64,000 bases of DNA from the human T2T-CHM13v2.0 reference genome, Homo sapiens. A model generated the notes under the pieces. The model ran no database searches, was not told the DNA's origin, and saw only the letters and a program-made list of their open reading frames with translations. The translations under genes and the position numbers were made by a program. The DNA is taken from assembly GCF_009914755.1 (NCBI RefSeq), contig NC_060928.1. One strand, written 5' to 3'. Numbering within the stretch: the stretch's first letter is position 1; each line of letters begins with the position of its first letter. Shown here piece after piece: positions 48,057 through 62,125 of this stretch.

Positions 48057-49404
48057 GTAAAAATAATAAGAAATACACATATTGCTCTCGGCCCACAGTC
48101 CCTGATACAGAGCTCTTAAAACCCTTGTAATTTCCTAAGCAATAAGGATGCTAGGAGAACCTTTTGTTCTAATATTCGACCTTTTACTCTGGTTCCTGAC
48201 TTTTAAAGTCCTTAGGAATTTTAGAGCTTTTAAAGTCCTTAGGAATTTCCTGGGCGGCAGGAGCATCATTTAATAAGGTAGCTCTTGGTGGACTCCTGGA
48301 TGGGAGCTGGTCACCATAAAGACTAAGCCATAATTATAAGCTGGGGTCTTTCAGCCCTAACCCACCAACTTGCCACAATTCTCCAGAGAAGGGAAAGGGG
48401 CTAGAAATAAAGTTAATCACTGATCATGTCTACGTGATAAAGCCTCCATAAAAATTCCTAAACTATGGGATTCAGGGAGCTTCTGGGTTGACAAACACAT
48501 CTGCATGCCAGCAGGGTGGTATACCCCAACTTCATGGGCATAGGAGTGCCTGCACATGGGACCCTTTCAGACCTCGCCCTATGTATCTTTTCATCTGGCC
48601 AGTCATCTGTATCCTTTATTATATCCAGTAAACATAAGTAACGTATTTCCCTGATGCTATGGTTTGAATGTTTATCCCCTCCAAGCTCATATTAAAGCTT
48701 AATCCCCAATGTGGCAGTATTGAGAAGTGGGGTCTTTAAGAGGTCTCGAGGGCTCTACCCTCATGAATGAATTAATCCATTGATGGATTAATGGGTTATT
48801 ACGGTACTGGAACTGGTGGCTTTATAACAAGAGGAAGAGAGACTCAGCTCTCTGGCATGTGATGCCCTGTGCCGTCTCGGGACTCTCCAGAGTCCCCGCC
48901 ATCAAGAAAGCCCTCACCGGATGCAGCCCCTACACCGTGGGCTCCTTAGCTTCCATAACTGTAAGAAATAATTTCCTTTTCTTTATAAATTAGGCAGTTT
49001 CAGATATTCTGTTATAAGCAACAGAAAATGCACTAAGACACCTGAGTTCTGTGAGACACTCTAGCAAATTAATCAAACCAAAGTGGAGGTCATGGGAATC
49101 CGATGGATAGCTGGTCATTCAGAAGCAGAGGCCACATTCTGTGCTTGTGACTGGCATCTGAAGGGGGGTGGGGGCAGTCTTGTGGGACTGAACCCTCAAC
49201 TTGTGGGACCTGACACTATCTCCAGGCAGATAGTGACAGAATTCAATTGAATTAGAGGATACTTAGCTCGTGTCCACTGTAGAATCTGCCAGAGAATTGC
49301 TTGGTGTGTGGGGAAAACCCCCCACCCTCTGGCATCAGAAGTGTTGAACGATTTTGTGAGAGTAGAGAGATTCGAAGAACCATTGGTTTTACCTATATCC
49401 TTAC
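48057..49404 (+). mobile_element. MER21 LTR, interrupted by an MST LTR
   Basis: AGAGCTCTTAAAACCCTTGTAATTTCCT, GACCTCGCCCTATGTATC, CCTGAGTTCTGTGAG, CTTGTGGGACTGAACCCTCAAC; TG...CA ends. Confidence 0.82.
48655..49040 (+). mobile_element. MST solo LTR (MSTC/D-like)
   Basis: TGCTATGGTTTGAATGTT...CACTAAGACA; TSD CCTGA at 48650-48654 and 49041-49045. Confidence 0.9.
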
Positions 49405-49895
49405 ATGGCTTTGTATGGTTTTTAAAAAGGCATGTTTGCTGCTACAATATCATAAGAATGTTTTCCTGTGCTTTATTCTAAAAGCTTTCTGGTTTTATCT
49501 TTCATATTTGGATCTGCAATTCATTTGGAATTGATTTTTGTGTGTGATGTGAGATTAGAGTCCTGATACGTTTTTTCTCTCGTATGGCTATCCAGTGAAC
49601 CTAGAACCTTTTATTTAAAATATTCTCTTTTCCATCAGTTCACTGCAATGTCATACTTTTCATGAATCAGGTGACTGTATACATATGGTTGTTTTCTTGT
49701 ATGCTATGTTCTATCCCACTGGTCTATCTTCTTGTCTATCCTTGTGCCAATATTATACAATCTTGATTATTATGGCTTTATAATGACTCTTGATAACTGG
49801 AAGTGGAAGTCTTCCAGCTTTGTTCTTGAAGATTGCCTCAGCTATTCTTGGTCCTTTGCATTTTCATATGTATTTTAGAAATAGTTTGTCAACTT

Positions 49896-49896
<1 letters not shown>

Positions 49897-49926
<30 letters not shown>
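49897..49926. repeat. (CA)15 microsatellite
   Basis: Read directly from the sequence. Confidence 0.95.
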
Positions 49927-49928
<2 letters not shown>

Positions 49929-50116
49929 CCTAGAGTTTGGTGAAGATTGTGATGAATCTATAAATTCATAGAAAATTAACATCTAAACATTTCAATTCAT
50001 GAACGTTATGTTTAGGTCTTCTTTAATTTTCCCAGTAATATTTTGTGGTTATCAGTGTAAAGTTCTTATACATATTTCATTAGATTTATTCCTATGTGTT
50101 CGATTTGCTATAGTAA

Positions 50117-50457
<341 letters not shown>

Positions 50458-50893
50458 ATATAATTGATTTTTGTATATTCACCCTTTGTCTAGTGATCTT
50501 GTAAACTCAGCAAAGTATATCTGTGGAAGGCATTTGGTAGATATCCTTTATTAGTTTAAGAAAATTATCTTCTATTCTGTTTTTCTACACTTTTGTTTAA
50601 AACCATGAATGTGTGCTGACTTTTATTAAAGACTTTTCCATCTCTTAAGATGTCCAACCCTGTTTTGACTCAGCTCTAGGACCCAATTCTATAGCCCTTT
50701 CCCTGGTCTTGGCTTTATCCCCACAATCACAAAAACTCCATGAACAAAAAGGAACAAACAAGGACCTGAACCGAAGAAGTGCCAGTAAACATGGAAAGGA
50801 AGAGACAACTGTAAGAGATTTTGATGTTCTGCAATATAAATGTTTTGTACAGTCCCAGATGTGTTGAGAGAGAAGCCGACTTCTCAAAAAAAT

Positions 50894-51242
<349 letters not shown>

Positions 51243-52389
51243 TGAAACTTTTGTTTAATGTACGTATTATGGAAACAATAAGCTATTTTCCAAATATAAA
51301 TTTTAATATGATTAAGCTTTTTGAACTTTTAAATATAGATTGCCCTTATTAGAGATTAATAATATAGTATGTGTAAAAGCAAATTACACATTCTATAATC
51401 CCCTGCCCCTAAAGTCCGATACATCCTCCCTGAAAGGGTACTTTTCTCCTTCACTTTCTCCTAATTGAAACTCACTGAAATAGCATCTACATAGAACATC
51501 ACTGCATGGTGGAGCGGCAGATAAGCTGGTTAAGCAATCTATCATTACTATCATCTGGATGTCCCAGGATGGTTGGGGTAAGTAGAAATGTATGAAGACT
51601 CTAACTGGCAATGGGATTTTATCATTGAAAAGTGCAGAGCTGGCCAATTCAGACCCAAGTTGCAGGTGTACCTGGGAGAATACACACTTGTAGGTTTTCA
51701 AATTTACTAATATTTAAGCAGTTTGATTCTCTACAATTACTTCAACATTTGACTATTGGGCTTGAATTTAATGAATCCTGGTGCCCTCTTGTGGACATGA
51801 GAGAATGTACAAAGAGTATAGCTTTGAGTTCTTTTCATTTTAAGGATTACTTTGTGTACCCATGTCCCATTAACCTAAGATAACTCAATAGGTAGAAGAT
51901 CTCAAGTCACACAGCCAGGCATAATGTTGCCAATTATAAGCCCTGTGAACTTAAGATTCCTTATCTGATAAATGGCAGTAACAATAGTACCCACCTTACT
52001 AAGGTTCTTGAGAAGATTAAGGATTTAAGGAAATTCCCTTCCATTCCTACTTTCCTAAGATTTTGTTTGAAACCATGAATAGGTATTGAATTTTATCATA
52101 TGTTTTTTCTGCATTTTTAAAGATGTACACTTCTGTTTTGACTCAGCTCTGGGACCCAACACTACAACCCTTCTCCAGGCATGGCTGTACCCTTACTTTA
52201 TACATCCATACATACAATTGGCCCTCTGTATCTGTGGGTTCTGCATCTATGGATTCAACCAACCACAAATTGAAAATATTTGGGAAAAAAATAATAAATA
52301 ATAATACAACAATAAAAATAATACAAATTTTAAAATAATATAGTATAACAACTATTTACAAGCATTTACCTTGTATTAGGTATTGTGAC

Positions 52390-52680
52390 TTTTTTTTTTT
52401 TTTTTTTGAAACAGGGTCTAGCTCTGTTGCCCAGGCTGGAGTGCAGTGGCATGATCATAGCTCACTGCAACCTTGAACTCTTGGGCTCAAATAATCCTCC
52501 CACCTCAGCCTTCCAAAGAGACTACAGGCTCATGCTACTATGCCTGGCTAATTTATTATTATTATTAGTTTTTGTAGAGATAGGGTCTCACTATGTCTCC
52601 AACTCCTGGCCTCAAGTGATCCTTCTGCCTCCTCCTCCCAAAGTGCTTGGGATTACAGGTGTGAGCCACCATGCTCAGCC
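52390..52680 (-). mobile_element. Alu SINE (AluJ-like)
   Basis: J-type dimer with small internal deletions; no clear TSD. Confidence 0.9.
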
Positions 52681-52711
52681 TAGAGATGATTTAAAGTATA
52701 TGGAAGGATGT

Positions 52712-53128
52712 CATCAATGATAGACTGGATAAAAAAATGTGGCACATATACACCATAGAATACTACGTAGCCATAAAAAAGGATGAGTTCATGTCCTTTG
52801 CAGGGACATGGATGAAGCTGGAAACCATCATTCTCAGCAAACTAACACAAGAACAGAAAACCAAACACTGCATGTTCTCACTCATAAGTGGGAGTTGAAC
52901 AACGAGAACACATGGACACGGGTTGGGGGGAGGGCATCACACACCAGGGCCTGTCAGGTAGTGGGGGGCTGGGGGAGGGATAGCATTAGGAGAAATACCT
53001 AATATAGATGATGGGTTGATGGGTGCAGCAAACCACCATAGCACGTGCATACCTATGTAACAAACCTGCACGTTCTGCACATGTAGCCCAGGACTTAAAG
53101 TATGATAAAAAACAAAAAGTATAAAAAT
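52712..53128 (+). mobile_element. 5'-truncated L1PA7-like 3' end
   Basis: Matches the 3' end of the L1 at 30480-30879; TSD AAAGTATATGGAAGGATGT on both sides. Confidence 0.93.
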
Positions 53129-54218
53129 AAAGTATATGGAAGGATGTGTGTGTGTCATATGCAAATACTATACCATTTTATATAAGGGACTTGAGCATCC
53201 ATGGATTTTGGTGTCTGTGGATGAGGGGGCCTGGAACCAATCCCTCACAGATACTGCAGGATGTATCTTAGCCTGGCACATAGTGGGCTCTCAATAATGT
53301 TATCTGTGTTTAGTATCAATCATCTTAATCAATTATCAATCCCTTAAAGGAAAGGGAAGGGTATGAAGGATATAGTATCCCAAAACAGAGTGGCTACAGA
53401 TACTAGTAACCTCTCCTCCCCAGTCCCATCCTACCTCATTCCTGATTCCCTGCAGCAACTACTCAACTCTCAACTATTTCTTTTTATATTTATCATCATA
53501 TTTTTAATAACATGTTTTATGGATCTTCTTCATTTTTTTTGTCCATATGTAGTATTATCTATTGACTTTCTATTATGGAAGATGAACGTTTAACTCTCTT
53601 ACAGTACTCCCTCCATACTTCCTTTCCCCCATTTATGATCCCATGTATGTAAAAATAATGTACTCTATTTTATATATTTGGTCCTCTCCATAATAACCAA
53701 AAATATGGACCAAGGCATAAAAGGTGAATACTAAAAAACGGAACCTTGTTTCACATTATTAATGTCAAATAAGCCTGAACTCTTCTTAAATGAAGCAAAG
53801 AAAAAATTTATAATGAAAAAGATTATAATTTGCAATGATAATGGAGTTATCACATAACTTTATGCAACAAGGAAGAAGAAATAAAAGGAGAAGGTTTTAA
53901 TCACCTTTGTTGGTCCATGTCTGATCAAGCAGAGGAAAACTAAAAAGGACATAAAATATCTAAACAATTTAATAAATAAATCCAAATGTGATTCCAGATA
54001 GACTCATATGACCAAATAACACATGCAAATATTGACCTTATATCAGGTTATAGAGAAAACTGTTTTCCAAAGCAGCTGCACCATTTTACACTCTAATCAG
54101 CAGGGCCAATTTCTCTACATCTTCACCAATACTTGTTATTATGTCTTTTTGATCATAGCTGCCTTAGTGGGTATGAAGTGGTATCTTATTGTGATTTTGA
54201 CTTGCACTTATTTAATAG

Positions 54219-54572
<354 letters not shown>

Positions 54573-55484
54573 GGTCGTTTGTATATCTTCTTATCGGAAA
54601 TGTCTATATAAATCCTTTGCTCATTTTAAAAATTGAATTGTCTTTTTATTGTTGAATTATTATTGAATTCTAAGACTTGTATTGTAGATGCAAGCCCCTA
54701 TCAGATACATGTTTTACAACAATTTTCTCCCATTATCAGGGTTGTTTTTGTATTCTCTTTATGTTGTCATTTGAAACACAGTTTTAAATTTTGATGATGT
54801 CCAATTTATTTTTTTCTTTTATTACTTGTGCTTTTGTAATCGTATTCGAGAAACCATTGTCTGATTCCAGGTCATGAAGATTTATGCCAGTGTTTTCTTC
54901 TGTAAGTTTATAGCTTTAGCTCTTACATTCAGGTTTTTTTTGATATTTTAACTTTTTGTCTATGGTATGAGCTAAGGGTCCAGCTTTTTCTTTGATCTGT
55001 GGATATCCAGCTGGCCTAACATCATTTGTTGAAAACATTATTCTTTTCCCCATTTAATTTTCTTGGTTCCCTTGTTGAAAATCAGTTGACCATAAGTATG
55101 AGGGTTTATTTCTGAACTCACAATTCTATTATATTCTATTTATGTCTGTTCTTCTGCCAGTACCATGCTGTCTTGATTACTGTGGCTTTGTAGTAAGTTT
55201 TGAATTTGAAAGTATGTCTTCCAACTTCTTTCTTCTTTTTCAAGATTGTTTGGATATTCTGGGTCCCTTGAGTTTCCATATGAATTTTAAAATCGCTTTT
55301 CAGTTGCTGCAAAGAAGCCAAGTGAGATTTTAATAGGGATTACATTTAATCTGTAGATCAAATTGGGGAATATTGCCATCTTAACAATATAAAGCCTTCC
55401 AATCAATGAACGTGGGATGTCCTTCATTTATTTAGGTCTTTTAAATTTTCTTTCAACAATGTTTCATGGTTTTCAGTGTATATG

Positions 55485-55859
55485 TGTCATGGTACATTTT
55501 TGCTGCCATAACAAAATACCTTAGACCAAGTAATTTGTAAACAGCATAAATTTGTTGCTCATAGTTATGGAGTCTGGGAAGTCCAGGATCAGAGCACCAG
55601 CAGATTCAGTATCTGGTGAGGGCTTGCCTTCTGCTTCCAAAATGGCACCTTGTTGCTTGACTTTACATGGTGGAAGGCGGAAGGACAAAGGAATAGAGCC
55701 CTTCCTTCAACCTGTTTCATGACAGCACTAATCCCATTCATGAGGTTGGAGTGTTCATGACTTAATCACTTCCCAAAAGACACACCTCTTAATACTATCA
55801 TACTGACTATTAGATCCTAACATGAATTTTGGAGGGACACATACATTCAAACCATAGCA
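55485..55859 (-). mobile_element. MaLR solo LTR (MSTD/MLT1A-like)
   Basis: Reverse complement begins TGCTATGGTTTGAATGTATGTGTCCCTCCAAAATTCATG; TSD ATATG at 55480-55484 and 55860-55864. Confidence 0.88.
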
Positions 55860-55994
55860 ATATGTTTTGCATTTCTTTTGTTCAATTTATTTCTAAGTAT
55901 GTTCTTCTTTTTGAAGCTATTATAAATGGAATTTTTTTAAAATTTCATTTTCAGATTGTTCATTGCCAGTGTATACATATCCCCCCCTCCGAAT

Positions 55995-56469
55995 CCAGCA
56001 TCCACAATATTTTTAATAATGACAGGATCCGGTTAGTTTTTGTAGTACAGCTGGCCTCTTGGCCTCTGGTGTAGGGTTTGGAGTAGCTGTGCAGGTACCT
56101 GGGGCCTTACTGAAATGCTTGTATATTTCTTGGTCCTTGTGAGGATGAAAGAGCAGGACAATGCATAGACTTTGGGGGCGTCCAGGTCAGGACCTTGCCC
56201 TCCAATTATGATCCCCACAACCATTCATTTTGTGTTCTTGGCCAGGAAACTTCATTTTCTTGATCATCTGGCCTGTTGCTGCCACTCATGAATATCCTCT
56301 ACAGCACAACTTGGTTGAAGGTGGAGTTGGTTCCTCTGGCCAGAAACATGTACCGCTTGACCAACAGCTTTAGATCAATTTCCTGGCTCTTGAGTTTCTG
56401 GCACTGGGTTCCTTGTGGCAGGTGTGGACTCCCATGATGGTGCCTCCTACTCAGCCATGTCCAAAAAAG
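55995..56469 (-). pseudogene. Processed pseudogene of 60S ribosomal protein L18 (RPL18), decayed
   Basis: Minus strand: pyrimidine-rich leader, GGAGGCACCATCATGGGAGT (ATG at 56435), then [35 protein letters not shown] versus RPL18 [36 protein letters not shown]. Ends TACAAAAACTAA (YKN*, stop at 56033) followed by ATTAAA. Intronless, with a stop, frameshifts and deletions. Confidence 0.92.
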
Positions 56470-56699
56470 TGAGCACTCTCAGACTCTTTAAATACTTTAT
56501 TTGGAATTTTTGGACATTTACCCAATTTTTACCTAATTTTTTCCATATAGAATTACACATATTCAGAAGTGAGCTAAGAGTCTTTTTCTTATTGGATCAT
56601 TTAGGTTACCTTAGGTCTGAAATTCTCAGATATGTATTGCTCTCATCTACTAGATCCTTGAAATTTGCCAAAATTTAAATTATTTTTGGCAAAATTGAG

Positions 56700-57060
56700 C
56701 AAATATGAACACTTCCAATGTCAGTGAGGAAGTGTTAAAGTGAGTACTTCCATATACTATTGGTGGGACTGTGAAATGGTGCGGGCACTCTGAAAATAAG
56801 TTTGCCAATACCAAAATCCTCAGTTAAGATTGTAATTTTAGACCCCGTACTTTTCCTTCTATAAATCTATCATTAAAATACTGAGATCCAGACCAAGATT
56901 TATATATAAGACCTCCTCAGTATTATTTTATAGTACAAACGTGTTGAAATCAATTTCAATGTGCCATAAAAATATTTATCTATGCATTAAAAAAGGCTGA
57001 AAGGAAATATATCAAATTGTAATAATGTTATCTCTGAAGAATGGGATGAGGTAAAGTCAG
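56700..57060 (+). mobile_element. L1ME-like fragment
   Basis: ATTGGTGGGACTGTGAAATGGTGC...CACTCTGAAAATAAGTTTG...GGCTGAAAGGAAATAT. Confidence 0.55.
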
Positions 57061-57084
57061 TATAATCAGTAATAAAAAATGGGG

Positions 57085-57320
57085 GCAAGAGCACAGATTG
57101 TACTAGTTACAGACTTGAGTTTGAGTTCTCTCTCTGCCAGATGTAGCTGAATGACTTTGGGCAAGTTACTTAACCTCTCTAAGCCTCAATTTCCTTAAAT
57201 ATAAGATGGTGGTAATAATAGTTGTTGCCTTATAGGGTTACTGAAAGAATTGAGTGAGATATACACAAAGTGCTTAGCACAGCAGTTGATCCACAGTGAG
57301 TGCTAAGTGTTAGCTCTCGT
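57085..57320 (+). mobile_element. MIR SINE
   Basis: GACTTTGGGCAAGTTACTTAACCTCTCTAAGCCTCAATTTCC...AAAGTGCTTAGCACAG. Confidence 0.85.
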
Positions 57321-57628
57321 TGTCATTGGTCACCTGGCCTTGTCATATACAACTGCACAATCCCCTGGAAATGTTTCCACTGAATGAGACACCTATGGAT
57401 TTGGACAGACTGGCTTTTTCTGCCATGTACTTCAATGGCCTTAGTTGTTGAGGACTCGATATGTGCATGTGATGTGAGTGTAATTGACCAGAGAGGTAGT
57501 GTGGCACAGGGGAAAGAACAAGGAGACTTTGGTCCCAATCTAGGTCTTGGTTCCCTCATCAGTGAAGTGAAGGGAGCTGGACTAGAGAATTTCTAAGATC
57601 TCTTCTGGCTCTAAAATGTTCATTTCTC

Positions 57629-57938
<310 letters not shown>

Positions 57939-58873
57939 GCCACAGCAATTGTGAATTTAGACTTTTGTCTCCTAAACACAAGGTGGCAGCAAAAGACTAG
58001 GCTCTTGGCTGCCATTTGCCAAAACCAGTAGGATAAGATGGTATTATTTAATTTACACTATGTTATAAAGTAAAAGATCTAGGTGGCTTAAGATCACTAC
58101 CTGCTCTTAGTGGTTTCTATGAGGCCCAGGTTTAATGTCCCTAGAATTATGCTTTTATCGCTATAATCGGAATTCCCCTACTCTCAATATATCCACTGAA
58201 GTCACCACTCAACAACACCTCTGCCTACAATTTCTCCAAGGCTTTTTCTATCACTTCTACTGCTTCTTGGAAAAATACCCTTCAAGTTTTCACCTGTGAT
58301 GAGCAGGGGTCTTGCTGGCAGAATGGCAGCTATGTGCTTTACAAGATAAAAACAACTTCTGTCTTCCAGGATCGGGGAGGATTTGCAGTATGGGGGCTTG
58401 GTAGTGCTCTCTCAGGGAAAAAATTTCAAATAAAACACCCATGTGTTGCCAGTCTATTCAAATATGTTCCAATTATAAACAATAGTAGGAAATCTCGATG
58501 ATCTGTGGGTTGGGTTTCTGTGTTCCTTGGTTGGAGCTGATCACTCCTGGCCAGGTGGGGCTGGAAAAGGATGGTGAGAAAGTGGGAGACAGACCATGAA
58601 GTGAGATGGGAAACCCCATTGCAGAAACGGAGTGAGGGGCCTGTCCTCAGAATCTAAAGAAGGTTGTTCTGAAGATCCCTAGGGAAGAGGCCAGGGGCCT
58701 AGTTGAGACACAGGTGAGGTGACCCTCAGGAGAATATTTTCAACCTGAGGTCCGAGGGAGTGGGCCTGAGGCCTAAATAGAAAGATCCTCTTTCTTCAGG
58801 GACCTTGGGGATTTCCAGGCAGAAGTTGACCTAAGAGAGGCAGTGGGAGTAGAATGGAAGGGCTAAAAAGATA

Positions 58874-58886
58874 GGGCCAAAGGTCA
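58874..58886 (+). promoter_or_regulatory. Nuclear-receptor DR1 site (HNF4/PPAR:RXR/COUP-TF type)
   Basis: GGGCCA-A-AGGTCA; motif match only. Confidence 0.35.
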
Positions 58887-60055
58887 AGTTAAAGGATTGA
58901 CATGTAGACTAGAAGGAAATTGACACAAGTACCAGGAAGAAGTTGTTTAATGGTTCTGATAGATGCCACATGACTTAAGCAACTGGAAACTGACCTTGCA
59001 ACCCCTACAATGGCATTGGGCTCATACCCTGAGATTCCAAAGCAGAGGGGATCTCCAGAGGAGAGGAAGGAGGGCAGGTTATAAACAGAGCCTTTTTTTT
59101 TCAGAGAGGATCCTCTTCCTTCTTTTATTTCCTTCCTGCTAAGTGGTAAGAGCAGAAAATCATTAAGGAAAGCAGCAGAAGAAACTGGCAGATCTGGAAT
59201 GTGGGCCATTTTCTCACCACAATGTGGGCTTCTTCACTTCCGCAGGATTCTACCTGCTTTAGGGGTCACACCCTCTGCAGGGTGCTTGGGGATCGAGGGA
59301 CAAGGAGGGAAAATGTTTTAACCTTTAAACTGGTGGCCTTTTTGGTGGTTACTATCTAAATTACCTCCAAAATGATTGGGGGTGGGAAGGGGAAAGAAAA
59401 CCTAACCTGGACCTAAGGGACTTGTGGTAGGGATCGGATACTGCAATGAGCGTGGAATCATACATTTCTCTTTCAACTTGATGAGGTGCTCCCACGGAGG
59501 GACAGTTAGCAGAAAATTTGGTAAAGGCCTTATCACAGACCAGAGATATGACCAACTGGGGTGAGCTTTAAGGAGGAACTAGGGTAGAAAATGGTTAATG
59601 TTTTGCTGAAATACAGGGAAGAAACAAGGTGGATTGGATCATAACCAACTTCTTTCACAATGTCATAAAAGTACCCAAACTGTGGAGTGCACCCACATCT
59701 ACATGAGCAAGTCTTGTGAATTGCTTTGATGCTTGCACCGTGCCATCTCAGGCCTGCCATGGTGCTAAGTCACCCTCCACAGATGCAGGGCTTCCAGCTT
59801 CCACCTGAGAGCAGGAGCAGTAGGTTAACTTTGTGTCAAAGACTCATCCTTCCTTTCCTTTGACTTCAAAGGTCCCTTGGTGGAACTTTCTACTGTCGGG
59901 TCTTTCATGATTCCCTATCAGAGGTTTTACATGTAGGCTTTCGACTCTGAAAGGGAGACAATGCCAGCTAAACACAAGGAAAGCTGTTCAGGCTGAGTGT
60001 GGGAGAAGGGGAAGCTGGTTGCTGATTCTAATTCTGATGTTTGAGGGGAAAATAA

Positions 60056-60391
<336 letters not shown>

Positions 60392-60809
60392 TAAGCAGGA
60401 AACAAGAACTGGGTAATTGCGGCAGAAAAGCCTTTAAAAGAAAATGACTTCATTGGCATTAGCAAACACCTACAGAGATAATATCTCTGACCTTAGCTGG
60501 CAGGCACTGAGAAAATTCTGAGGAATAGAGGGGGAGTCTGGAAGACTTGGGACTTTGATTTTTCTTATCCGGGTCAGACATTGATCTTTAAAAAATGACA
60601 TACGTTTTATAGTCATTAACTTATCACTTAAAATGTTCTGCTGCTACAGTTCCTGGAGTAGGGGTAGAACCCTTCAGTTTATTGAGGACCAAAGACCTAC
60701 ATTAAAAGTAAATCAAAGCCTAAAGGGAAGCAAAAAGCAACTTAATTGACTTCAAAAATTTTTAAGCCGTTCACTGGTTTAAGTAAAAAATATGAAGCAT
60801 AGTAACAAT

Positions 60810-61420
60810 TTTCAGCCACTCTGGAAAACAGTTTGGAAGTTTCTCAAAAAGTTAAACATGGACTTACCATATGGCCAGGAATTGCACTGCTAGGTAAATA
60901 CTCAAGAAAAATGAAAACATACATCCAAACAAATGTTCATAGTAGCATTATTCATGATAGCCAAAAAGTGGAGAAACCCACATTTTTGTTAACTGATGGT
61001 GAATACATTAAATGTGGTATATCAATATAATGGAATATTATTTAGCCATAAAAAAGAATGATGTACTGATACATGCTGCAATGTGGAGAAACCTTAAAAA
61101 ACTGAAAGAAGGCAGACACCAAAGGCCACATATTGCATGATTCCACTCATATGAAATGCCCAGAACAGGCAAATCCATAGAAAAATAAAGTACTTCAGTG
61201 GCTGCCAGGGGCTGGTTTGGTATAGGGGAGAATGGAGTAGGACTGCGAGTGGATATGAGGTCTCTTTTGGGACGATGAAAATGTTCTGAAATTAGATAGT
61301 GGTCCTAGTTCCACAACTCTGTAAATACACTATAAGCCAATGAACTGTTCAATGAAAAAGGGTGAATTTTATAGTATGTGGATTTAATTTTATGATATGC
61401 GAATTACATCTCAATAATAT
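60810..61420 (+). mobile_element. L1MB-like 3' end
   Basis: CAGCCACTCTGGAAAACAGTTTGG, AATGATGTACTGATACATGCT, GAAATTAGATAGTGGT, GAATTACATCTCAATAA. Confidence 0.88.
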
Positions 61421-61561
61421 ATGAAGCGTGAAACTTTATTCAATAAATATATTAAACATTTAAAATATAATTCAATTAAAATTAAAAATGAAGTATAGGG
61501 AAGGAGAACAAGACAACGAGGAAAGATGGAAGAGAAAATACTTGGCTCAAGAAAGAAAATG

Positions 61562-62125
<564 letters not shown>

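Larger units (their letters stand above)
52214..53266 (-). mobile_element. MER2 (TcMar-Tigger), interrupted by an Alu and an L1PA
   Basis: TTGGCCCTCTGTATCTGTGGGTTCTGCATC...CTAGAGATGATTTAAAGTATA...GGGACTTGAGCATCCATGGATTTTGG...GGAACCAATCCC. Confidence 0.88.

Noticed and set aside
58225-58285. Minus-strand protein-like peptide RVFFQEAVEVIEKALEKL
   Set aside because: It is bounded by stops on both sides, has no in-frame splice sites, and has no recognisable homologue.
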